From an uncultured Candidatus Bathyarchaeia archaeon (lineage in GTDB: Archaea > Thermoproteota > Bathyarchaeia > EX4484-135 > B24-G1), in the NCBI GenBank assembly GCA_964555905.1, contig CAZKUI010000004.1:1-33659 (forward strand): a stretch of 33,659 nt of DNA. The letters run 5' to 3'. Every line of letters begins with the position of its first letter. Position 1 is the first letter of the stretch. Shown one piece after another: positions 26,285-33,659 of this stretch. The notes below the pieces were generated by a model. It made no database searches. It saw nothing but the letters and a program-made list of their open reading frames with translations, and was not told where the DNA came from. Made by a program: the position numbers and the translations under genes.

Positions 26285-27731
26285 GGGTTAGGGCGTCCTC
26301 AAAGAACAGCCTCGTCCTACCCATGGTCTGCACATCCAAGCTCCTAATCTTAGCCACTATGGGGAAGTCCCTCACCACGCAACCTAAAATGAGGCAGTAA
26401 TGCGGAGGAAGCTCATTCGCAATGAGCTTAACCGTCTCGGCGTCTACGCGGGCGGCCCTGGACACCATGTCTAAGTCTCGCTGGTTTGTGAAGTTGAAGA
26501 GGAATATGTTGTCTGCCTGCCTGTATATGTTTTCGCTTAGGCTGTCCGGCTGGTTCGTGATGAACGTGGTGAATATTCCGAGGTGCCTCATCCTCGTGAC
26601 GACGTCATCCCAGTAGGTCTCCCTGAAGTATAGGTGGGCCTCCTCCGCGAAGAGGAAGACGGCCTTGAGCTTCCAAGAGGAGAGCAGGTCCACGAGCTTC
26701 CCGAGCACGTACTCAACCACTATCCGCCTATCCAGCGGGGGGAGGTCCCTGAGGTTCATCACCACGACTCCGCCGCCCTCCACCCTGCGGAATACGTCTC
26801 CTAAGTCTAGGGATTCCTCCTCGCGGTCTGTGAAGAAGCCTGAATTCGCTAGGGCGTGGTAGCGGGAGTAGAGGGCGTCCCTCACCAATTCGTTGCACTT
26901 CCAAACCCGAATTGCCTCCCCCAACCCCTCAAGAGTTAGGGCGCCGTGCGCCTCTAGGTGCCTCCAAATCCTCCTAAACTCCCTAGCGGAGGTCCCCGGG
27001 AGACCTAGGGAATAAATCATTATGTTCATGATGATTCTCAGGCTGGTTTGCGCTAGGGTCACCTTAAAGTTGGATGCGGGGGTTAGGACTACGATGCGGT
27101 TGTGGTATTCGTTCTTCCTCCCGTCCAACGTGTAGCCTAGGTTCACGTATTCCCCGTTTAGGTCTAGGACAACCACGGTTGCGCCGTAGTCTACGAGGCC
27201 GAGGGCGAGGAGCTTAGAAAGGTGGGACTTCCCGGTTCCCTTCTTCCCAGTGATTATGTTCAATCTCCCGTCAAGGCTCTTTGCGTCTATGGAGATGTTT
27301 GAGGAGTCCTTCCCCTCGCCCAGCTCTATCGGGAGGTCTCCGGGTATCTCCAGTAGCTCCATGAGCTGTGAGAGCCTTATCCTCTTCACCCTGGAGTGGA
27401 ATCTGGATGGCAGCCACCTCTCCACGGTGAGTTCCCCACCTTTGATGGCGCCGCGAATCTTGCACACGAGTAGGCGGGCGTCCTGGATGCACGCCACGTG
27501 GGATGAAACTCCGAGGGGGTCTACATCCTCGCCCTCCGCCAACTCTTGGGAGGCCAGGTCCCTCAACAGCTCCTCCAGCACGCCGGGGACGTTTGCGAAC
27601 TGAACGTCCACGACTTGGACGATGAGGCTTCTATCCTCATCCTCAACTAGCAGGTAGTCCCCTTTCTCCGCGTCCTCTCCGGGGAAGCTTAGAATTTTTA
27701 GGGTGTCCCCCTCCTTCTTGTAGAGCCTCAT
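26256..27731 (-). CDS. HerA/FtsK-family ATPase (DUF87)
   Basis: N-terminal barrel-like region, GKKGTGKS, DLNGEY, FAEEAH, RMRH, TNQP. Confidence 0.88.
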   Translation of the reverse strand: MRLYKKEGDTLKILSFPGEDAEKGDYLLVEDEDRSLIVQVVDVQFANVPGVLEELLRDLASQELAEGEDVDPLGVSSHVACIQDARLLVCKIRGAIKGGELTVERWLPSRFHSRVKRIRLSQLMELLEIPGDLPIELGEGKDSSNISIDAKSLDGRLNIITGKKGTGKSHLSKLLALGLVDYGATVVVLDLNGEYVNLGYTLDGRKNEYHNRIVVLTPASNFKVTLAQTSLRIIMNIMIYSLGLPGTSAREFRRIWRHLEAHGALTLEGLGEAIRVWKCNELVRDALYSRYHALANSGFFTDREEESLDLGDVFRRVEGGGVVVMNLRDLPPLDRRIVVEYVLGKLVDLLSSWKLKAVFLFAEEAHLYFRETYWDDVVTRMRHLGIFTTFITNQPDSLSENIYRQADNIFLFNFTNQRDLDMVSRAARVDAETVKLIANELPPHYCLILGCVVRDFPIVAKIRSLDVQTMGRTRLFFEDALTPRGVRVRAS

Positions 27732-28807
27732 TAGGATGCCTCCCGGCTGGTGCCGTATGGTCCGAAGAGCATGCGCCTTATGCTCGGTTGAGGAGCCACC
27801 TTAAGCCCGTACCTCCCGGATACGTACCGTTGAATCGCCAGCACCTCGGTTGCGGTGAAAGTTGATAGCACGTGAGCCAGCCTCAACACCTCCGGGTAAC
27901 CCTGAAAAATCAGGTCGTTGTGGAGTAATCTACGCACGGCGTCTATGCACGCCTCACTCGGCAGCTCCCTGTCTACATCAAGGCGGAAGGAGTAGGGCTC
28001 CCAGCCCAGCCGGGCCACGTAGACCCTGCCGAGCAGCTTGATTTGTTTGCTCGTGCTTAGTCCCTGAATTTCTAGGAGGCACGGGGGTTTATGCTCGGCG
28101 GCTAGGCTTGTGATGCTCCTCCCGAGGAGCCTAAGCCTCGTTACCTTCGTGAACGCCAGGATGACGTTCCCCCTATCCCTCGCCGCTCTCAGGAGCTGTG
28201 GGAGGGCGTTCCCCAGTGCATCCCCGGAGCGGACGGTGAGGGAGCCGTCTCGCAGTATGATGGAGTTGGATGTTTGCTGGGAAACGTTCATCTGTAGCAG
28301 GTGGTCAAGCATCCCCGCAAACCTGACTTGGAGGAGGGTTGGGTAGGGGGCGCCAGCCCCTCCTGAGACTCCTAAATACCGCCTCTGCAACCTCCTCAGC
28401 AGTCGCGGTCCATCCTCATCCGTGATGTGGAAGAGTAGAGGCCCAACCCTTAGGTATCGGTATTTGCCGTCCGTTCTCCAAACCACCGCGCCTCTCACGG
28501 CGCATATAACCCCCATGTCGGTCTCCCCAACCTTAACGCTGGATGTGTCTACGCCAATCACGGCGGCATCCTCCTCCAATGGCTCTAGGGGGATGTAGCG
28601 TATGCTCGGCGGCTCGCGAATTGGAAGCGGCGGCTCCCCGTCTACCTCACTTAAAAGGGTTTCAATCGGGTCTGTGGATGGTTGTAGACACCCAGCCACC
28701 CCACTCATGGACTCTAAGCTTAGCTCCACGAGCTTTTCTGGGAGGATGAGCGTGGGGAGGGGAAAGCTATATGTTGGTGTTGGTGCATACTTTAATTGTG
28801 CAGTCAA
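27731..28807 (-). CDS. NurA-family nuclease
   Basis: IGVDTS, LRDGSL, FTK, GYPEVLRLAH; TAATG coupling to herA. Start uncertain. Confidence 0.85.
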   Translation of the reverse strand: MTAQLKYAPTPTYSFPLPTLILPEKLVELSLESMSGVAGCLQPSTDPIETLLSEVDGEPPLPIREPPSIRYIPLEPLEEDAAVIGVDTSSVKVGETDMGVICAVRGAVVWRTDGKYRYLRVGPLLFHITDEDGPRLLRRLQRRYLGVSGGAGAPYPTLLQVRFAGMLDHLLQMNVSQQTSNSIILRDGSLTVRSGDALGNALPQLLRAARDRGNVILAFTKVTRLRLLGRSITSLAAEHKPPCLLEIQGLSTSKQIKLLGRVYVARLGWEPYSFRLDVDRELPSEACIDAVRRLLHNDLIFQGYPEVLRLAHVLSTFTATEVLAIQRYVSGRYGLKVAPQPSIRRMLFGPYGTSREAS

Positions 28808-28840
28808 CAGTATTCACCAATATGGAGGTAAGACTCACTT

Positions 28841-28887
28841 GTTGTATTTAAGTATTGTGCATGTTCAAGTTGCACAACATCTACAAC
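28841..28887. promoter_or_regulatory. Divergent promoter region with nested palindrome (operator candidate)
   Basis: TTGTGCA-N9-TGCACAA (28855-28877) flanked by GTTGTA/TACAAC, adjacent to TATTTAAG. Confidence 0.5.
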
Positions 28888-28903
28888 GGGAGGCACGCAC
28901 CCC

Positions 28904-29383
28904 ATGAGCCAAGAAGAAAGACGCCGAGTTCGGGTCATGGTGAGAGTTGGGGACATGGAGTTCGAAATAGAAGCCGACGAAGACCAGATTGAGAGTAGCG
29001 TGGAGAAGGTCTTGGCTGGTGCCTTGAGGGCTCGTGAGAAGGCTGGGTTGGGGGTAGTTGGGGTTACTAAGCGTGAGGTTAGGAAGGAGAGAACCTGCAA
29101 GGGGCTAATTGAAGATTTGTGGAGCGAGGGTTGGTTCAGCGTCGGGAGGAGCCTCGGCGAAGTCCACGAGGAACTCGGTAGACGGGGATACCACTACGAC
29201 AGAACCGCCGTCGCACACGCCCTCCTAGACCTAGTAAGGGAGAACATCCTAACCAGAATGGGGAAGCCGAGACGTTACCGTTACATCCAGAAGAGACCTC
29301 CACCGGGGGCGGGGGCTAGGCCGCCAACCCCCGAAGTCGGGGAACCCGCTCAGCCAGAAATTTCTTCAAACCCAGCGTGGTGA
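28904..29383 (+). CDS. Hypothetical protein with C-terminal winged HTH
   Basis: LIEDLWSEGWF...RSLGEVHEEL...VAHALLDLVRENILTRMG..RRYRY. Confidence 0.75.
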   Translation: MSQEERRRVRVMVRVGDMEFEIEADEDQIESSVEKVLAGALRAREKAGLGVVGVTKREVRKERTCKGLIEDLWSEGWFSVGRSLGEVHEELGRRGYHYDRTAVAHALLDLVRENILTRMGKPRRYRYIQKRPPPGAGARPPTPEVGEPAQPEISSNPAW

Positions 29384-29819
29384 TGCGGTAGTAGTCCTCC
29401 CCGACCTTCTCAACCCACCTAAGGCGGGTGAGCTCGCTGAGGCGGGTGGATGTAATCTTCGCGGTCTTCCCAAGCTTGCGTTGGAGTTCATCCCGGCTGA
29501 TCGTGTCCGCGTCTAGGAGCCCCATGCGGTAGCCCACGTACGCTCCGACTAGGCATAGGGTGAGGAAGTCCCTATCAGAGACCTTCTTCCTGTCTAGGAG
29601 GATTTCCACGCCCTCAGGGGCTAGGGTGATTATGCCCTCCAACTGCTCCACGAGTTCAGGTAAATCCACCGTGAGGGTAAGCCTCTTCGCGATTTCGAAG
29701 GTGGGTATCACTTGGCTGAAGAAGCGGTTCACGCCTGCCCAGACCTCGTCTACATCCCCCGTGAAGGTTTGCTCAACATTACCGTACTTCACGTGGACCG
29801 TGATTTGGGGTTTCTCCAT
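29316..29819 (-). CDS. Hypothetical protein with C-terminal winged HTH
   Basis: ISRDELQRKLG...STRLSELTRLRWVEK...YRITTLG. Confidence 0.75.
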   Translation of the reverse strand: MEKPQITVHVKYGNVEQTFTGDVDEVWAGVNRFFSQVIPTFEIAKRLTLTVDLPELVEQLEGIITLAPEGVEILLDRKKVSDRDFLTLCLVGAYVGYRMGLLDADTISRDELQRKLGKTAKITSTRLSELTRLRWVEKVGEDYYRITTLGLKKFLAERVPRLRGLAA

Positions 29820-29821
29820 GC

Positions 29822-30289
29822 CTACTCACCCTGAAGCTTAGGTATAACCGTCTCCTCTATCCACCTCTTCCCCTGAACGGTGAGCTTCCACTCCCCCTTA
29901 GCTGGGTCCGGCTTGTAGACCCAACCCTTCTTCGCCATCTCGTTTAGGCGCGCCGGAACCATGCTCTTTATTCCGCTGGCCTCAAGGAGCCTAGAAATCT
30001 TTGATGGGGCGCACGCCTTCCCCTCCGAGGCGTAGAGGATGATGCCGATTGCCTCGTAATGCGTGACATCCTTCCCCGTAACTAGTATTGGACCCTCCGT
30101 GGTGTACTCCACGATGCCTTGGAGCTTTAGCTTAATTGGTGGGGCGAGCTTGGCGGATATGAGGCTCTCCACCTCACCCATAAACTGCGGGGGCATCCCC
30201 CTCAGCAACTCCAATAACTCCTCGGCGCTCTCCCCCTCAACAAGCAACTCCCCAAAAGGAGCCCTAATACGCACCGCAACCCTACCCAA
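29822..30289 (-). CDS. Hypothetical protein with C-terminal winged HTH
   Basis: VPARLNEMAKKGWVYK...WKLTVQGKRWIE. Confidence 0.75.
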   Translation of the reverse strand: MGRVAVRIRAPFGELLVEGESAEELLELLRGMPPQFMGEVESLISAKLAPPIKLKLQGIVEYTTEGPILVTGKDVTHYEAIGIILYASEGKACAPSKISRLLEASGIKSMVPARLNEMAKKGWVYKPDPAKGEWKLTVQGKRWIEETVIPKLQGE

Positions 30290-30406
30290 ATCGGAACCCC
30301 CAACAGTTCGTCACAAACTAAAGACTATTAGACAAACCTCATATTTTACTGTTATTTCCCAACAAGCCGAAAAAATCTTGGAATAGAGGCGTCAATGTGT
30401 GACGAA

Positions 30407-32212
30407 TCAGGTTGAATGCACCCTATCCGGGTTCACCCCCCTGTCTACGGCGGTGTAGTAGGCGAGTAGCTGGAGTGGAACCACGTAGACGATTGGTGAA
30501 AGAACCGGGTGAACCCCCCTCGGAACCTCCACGATGTGATGCGCCATCTCCGCGATTTCCTCATCCCCCTCCTCAATTATTGCGATGATCTCGGCGCCCC
30601 TCGCCCTCATCTCCTGTATGTTCCCCTTCACGGTTTCGTGGGTTTCATCCCTCGGGCAAACGAATATGACGGGGAACCCCGGCTCTATGAGGCTTATGGG
30701 ACCGTGCTTTGACTCCCCAGCTGGGTAGGCGATGGCGGTTACGCGAGCCAACTCCACGAGCTTCAGGCACCCCTCCTGAGCGGTTGCGTTACTAATTCCC
30801 CTCCCAAGCACGAAGAACGCCCGCCTATCATGGTACCTCTCAGCTATCTCCCTTATTCTCCCCTCCTGCGTCCGAACCACCCAGCCCATGAGCTCAGGGA
30901 TTTGTTTAAGTCCTTTTTCAAGCTCTTCTATCTCCCCATGCGATAGTTTCCCCCTCATCTCCGCAAGTTGGAGCGCCGCCTGAGCCAAAACGAGCGTCTG
31001 CGCTGTAAACGTCCTGATGGAGATGGAGCCGATTGGAGGCCCGGACTGCTGGCAGACGTAGACCCTAGATATGCGGGTTAAGGTGGAGCCAATCACGTTA
31101 GTTAGCCCCAATATCGTGGCAGCCCTAAACCTCGCGTGCTCCACCGCGGCTAAGACATCCGCGTCCTCCCCGGACTCGCTGATCGCCAGAATTGTGCTAC
31201 CTATGTCCACGGCGTCTCCGTAGCGCTCCACGAACTCGGAGGTGGAGACCGGGTGGGTTGCTAGGTAAGCCAACTCCGAGAACATGTAGGATGCGGCGAT
31301 GCAGGCATTATAGGAGGAGCCCGAAGCCACAAGAAAAACCTCCTCAGCCCTATCAAGGAAGGCGGACATGAGGTTTAGGTACTTCCTCTGGAGCCTCAGC
31401 GTGTTTCTTAGGTAGAGAGGCTGATTATGAATCTCCATGAGTGTGTAGTGTGGGTAGCCACTCCTCTTAGCCTCCTCTAATGTATAATTCACGACGCTTA
31501 CATCCTTGTCCAGAGGCTTCATATCCTCAGCCCTACGGACGTCCACCCCGGACGCCCGGAGTATGGCGAGTTCTCCATCCCCGAGGTGGATGATGCGGTT
31601 CGTCAGTGGGGTGAGGGCTGGGAGGTGCGAAGCGCAGTAAGTGGCATCACTAGCAACGCCCAACAGTAGGGGGCTCTCCATCTTCGCGCAGACCACCATA
31701 TCCGGGGCTCCAACCCAGACGGCGGCGACGGCGTATGAACCCCTCAACGCCCCAACCGCCTTTCTCACAGCCTCGGGAAGGCTCAGCCCGTCCTTCAGCC
31801 CATCCTCTATCAGGTGTGGAATCACCTCCGTGTCCGTCTTGGAGCGGAACTTATGCCCTCGGCCCTCAAGCTCAGCCTTCAACTCCTCATAGTTCTCTAT
31901 GACGCCGTTATGGACGACCGCGACGGACTCCCCGCAATCCAATTGGGGGTGGGCGTTCACTTGGTAGACGGGTGCCCCGTGCGTGGCCCAGCGTATGTGC
32001 CCGATGCCCACGCTTCCGGACGCCCCATTCAGGTTGTGGCGTTCGTGCACCTCCCTCAGGCTTCCCACATCCTTCCTCACGTCAAGCTCACGCCCGTGGA
32101 TTGTGGCCAAGCCAGCTGAGTCATATCGCATGTACTCCAGCCGTTTCAGGGCTTCGTGGATTAATGGCGCGGCGTCCCCCCGGGTGAGGACGCAACCGAA
32201 TATGCCGCACAA
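30407..32212 (-). CDS. glmS: GlmS-like glutamine amidotransferase/SIS protein, divergent (lacks the C-terminal catalytic peptide)
   Basis: (M)CGIFG, RWATHG, HNGVIEN, TDTE, two SIS domains, KHGP; ends NPDRVHST. TTG start with a GGAGGAG SD. Confidence 0.8.
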   Translation of the reverse strand: MCGIFGCVLTRGDAAPLIHEALKRLEYMRYDSAGLATIHGRELDVRKDVGSLREVHERHNLNGASGSVGIGHIRWATHGAPVYQVNAHPQLDCGESVAVVHNGVIENYEELKAELEGRGHKFRSKTDTEVIPHLIEDGLKDGLSLPEAVRKAVGALRGSYAVAAVWVGAPDMVVCAKMESPLLLGVASDATYCASHLPALTPLTNRIIHLGDGELAILRASGVDVRRAEDMKPLDKDVSVVNYTLEEAKRSGYPHYTLMEIHNQPLYLRNTLRLQRKYLNLMSAFLDRAEEVFLVASGSSYNACIAASYMFSELAYLATHPVSTSEFVERYGDAVDIGSTILAISESGEDADVLAAVEHARFRAATILGLTNVIGSTLTRISRVYVCQQSGPPIGSISIRTFTAQTLVLAQAALQLAEMRGKLSHGEIEELEKGLKQIPELMGWVVRTQEGRIREIAERYHDRRAFFVLGRGISNATAQEGCLKLVELARVTAIAYPAGESKHGPISLIEPGFPVIFVCPRDETHETVKGNIQEMRARGAEIIAIIEEGDEEIAEMAHHIVEVPRGVHPVLSPIVYVVPLQLLAYYTAVDRGVNPDRVHST

Positions 32213-32264
32213 TCTGATGCTCCTCCGTCAAATGATTTGCCGGGGGGCATAAATGGGTTCTGGG

Positions 32265-33659
32265 TTAGGACGCCCCAACTACCCTATCTAACTCGCTCTT
32301 TAGAATCTCCTTCACAACCTCCGGGTTTGCCCTCCCCCTAACCCTGCTCATAACCCTACCCATGAGGGAACCAAATGCCTTAACGCCGCGCTCCCTCACG
32401 AGCTCAAGGTTCTCCTGAACGACCATCCTGATGATTTCTGCGAGTTCCTCCCTGCTCAGCATGGTTAGGCCCAGCGCCCGGAGGGCTTCCATGGGGCTTG
32501 CCCCCTCATGCTCCGACAGCCACCTAATCACATCCGGTATCGCCTCCTTTGCGGCTTCACCGCGACCAACCATCCCGAACAGCTCCAGAATCTGCCCATC
32601 CGAAACCCTGTCTACGCGGACCCCATCCCGGCTTAGGCTCTTGAGGGTTTCGGTGAGCGTGGCGGCAATTACGGTTGGCGAGACACCCGTCTCCCGGGCC
32701 GCCCTCTCAAAGAGTTCTACATACTCGCTGTCTACGAGCTGGCTTGCCAGCTTCCGGTTCAGCTTATAATCCCTCATAAGCCTCTCCAGTAGCTGCTCCG
32801 GCATCTCAGGCAGCTGCGACCTAAGCCTCTCTATGTAATCTTGGGTTATGCGTATTGGGGGTACGTCCGTCTCCGGGTACATCCTAGCGGCTCCGGGCCT
32901 AGGCCTCATATAGCGTGTTGTCCCGTCGGGCCTCGCCGCCCTCGTCTCTTCGGGAACCCCGGCCAGAGCCATCCTGCACCTCTCCACCACGGCCCTCAGG
33001 GCGTCTTCAGCCTCCTTACGATTACCCGCCACGAAGACAACGGCGTCCTCATCCCCAGCCTTAACCAACTCCCTCAGTTTCTCAACCTCACCCTCGGTTA
33101 TCCCGTATGCCGGGAGTTCATCCGTGTGGAATATTCCACCAACCCCACTCCAGAGCCTCGCAAAATCGGAAACCTCCGTTCCAAACCTCACCCCCGGAGT
33201 GAGTTCGCGGCCGAGCAAGCCCGCAAACCCCGGGAGTTTAAGGGCGAGGACCACGCCTCCACGCTTCAGCGCCTTCTGGAGCACCCTACACCTCGTATCC
33301 TTGAAGATGGAGGTTGCGTCCACGAACTCCTCCGAGATATCCCCCTCATCCACTCCCCGACTCCTCAGTTCATCCCGAATCTCCAGCAGCCTCAGCTGGC
33401 GTTGAACCTCGTACTCCACGACCTTAGAGACTAGGCGTAGCTCCTGAACCCCCTTCACCTCGATGAGTGCGCCATCCCTGATTGATATGTTTATGTCCTG
33501 GCGTACGGCTCCTAAGCCGCGGGCCACCCGCCCGGTCGCCCTCAGGATTCTCCCGATGGCTAGGGCGACCTCCTCCGCCTCCTTCGGTGAGGTGATGACT
33601 GGGGCTGTTGCAACCTCTATTAGTGGTATGCCGAGGCGGTCTAGGCGGTAGCGGATTAC
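32265..33659 (-). CDS. gatE: Glu-tRNA(Gln) amidotransferase subunit E, 5' end outside the window
   Basis: Frame is open to the window edge: YRLDRLGIPLIEVAT...RGLGAVRQDINISI...EVKGVQ, HTDELPAYGI, RPRPGAARMYPETD. Confidence 0.96.
   Translation of the reverse strand, partial: VIRYRLDRLGIPLIEVATAPVITSPKEAEEVALAIGRILRATGRVARGLGAVRQDINISIRDGALIEVKGVQELRLVSKVVEYEVQRQLRLLEIRDELRSRGVDEGDISEEFVDATSIFKDTRCRVLQKALKRGGVVLALKLPGFAGLLGRELTPGVRFGTEVSDFARLWSGVGGIFHTDELPAYGITEGEVEKLRELVKAGDEDAVVFVAGNRKEAEDALRAVVERCRMALAGVPEETRAARPDGTTRYMRPRPGAARMYPETDVPPIRITQDYIERLRSQLPEMPEQLLERLMRDYKLNRKLASQLVDSEYVELFERAARETGVSPTVIAATLTETLKSLSRDGVRVDRVSDGQILELFGMVGRGEAAKEAIPDVIRWLSEHEGASPMEALRALGLTMLSREELAEIIRMVVQENLELVRERGVKAFGSLMGRVMSRVRGRANPEVVKEILKSELDRVVGAS

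Noticed and set aside
30307-30406. 9-bp inverted repeat TTCGTCACA/TGTGACGAA bounding an intergenic region (MITE?)
   Set aside because: It is short, has no target-site duplication and no second copy in the window. It could be chance or a regulator site.
30360-30430. Frameshift hiding the missing GlmS C-terminal peptide
   Set aside because: The alternative frames past the stop do not encode anything like LAKSVTVE.
1-33659. Frequent CTAG tetramers; search for tRNA, rRNA, integrase or transposase
   Set aside because: CTAG abundance appears to follow CTA-Leu codon usage throughout and was not quantified. No tRNA, rRNA or mobile-element genes were recognised by eye.

Overview
GC-rich archaeal chromosomal segment, most likely from a TACK lineage such as Bathyarchaeia (inferred from the eL22-like gene, gatE, short archaeal purA and nucS). 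It is densely coding, and I saw no tRNA, rRNA, CRISPR array or transposase. The standout is a tightly coupled operon at 8136-12366 of four divergent, short-tailed FtsZ-family GTPases around an 85-aa orphan, arranged A-B-x-B'-A'. The A-type copies keep the catalytic T7 Asp but have altered GGGTG(S/T)G signatures, while the B-type copies have intact signatures but Asp->Asn in T7. This reciprocal pattern suggests an alpha/beta-tubulin-like heteropolymer (inference). A second unannotated element is a box C/D sRNA at about 18585-18654 whose two guides appear to target 16S C1402 and 23S C1920 (E. coli numbering), on opposite ribosomal subunits. Other notable loci are a PelF-like glycosyltransferase plus TPR/SNAP-like gene divergent from a KaiC / inactive-KaiC-GTPase / roadblock module, a GlmS paralog lacking its catalytic C-terminus, a His-heptad coiled-coil membrane protein, stand-alone nurA-herA next to three small wHTH genes, and an ABC importer. 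All calls come from reading motifs by eye; no searches were run.
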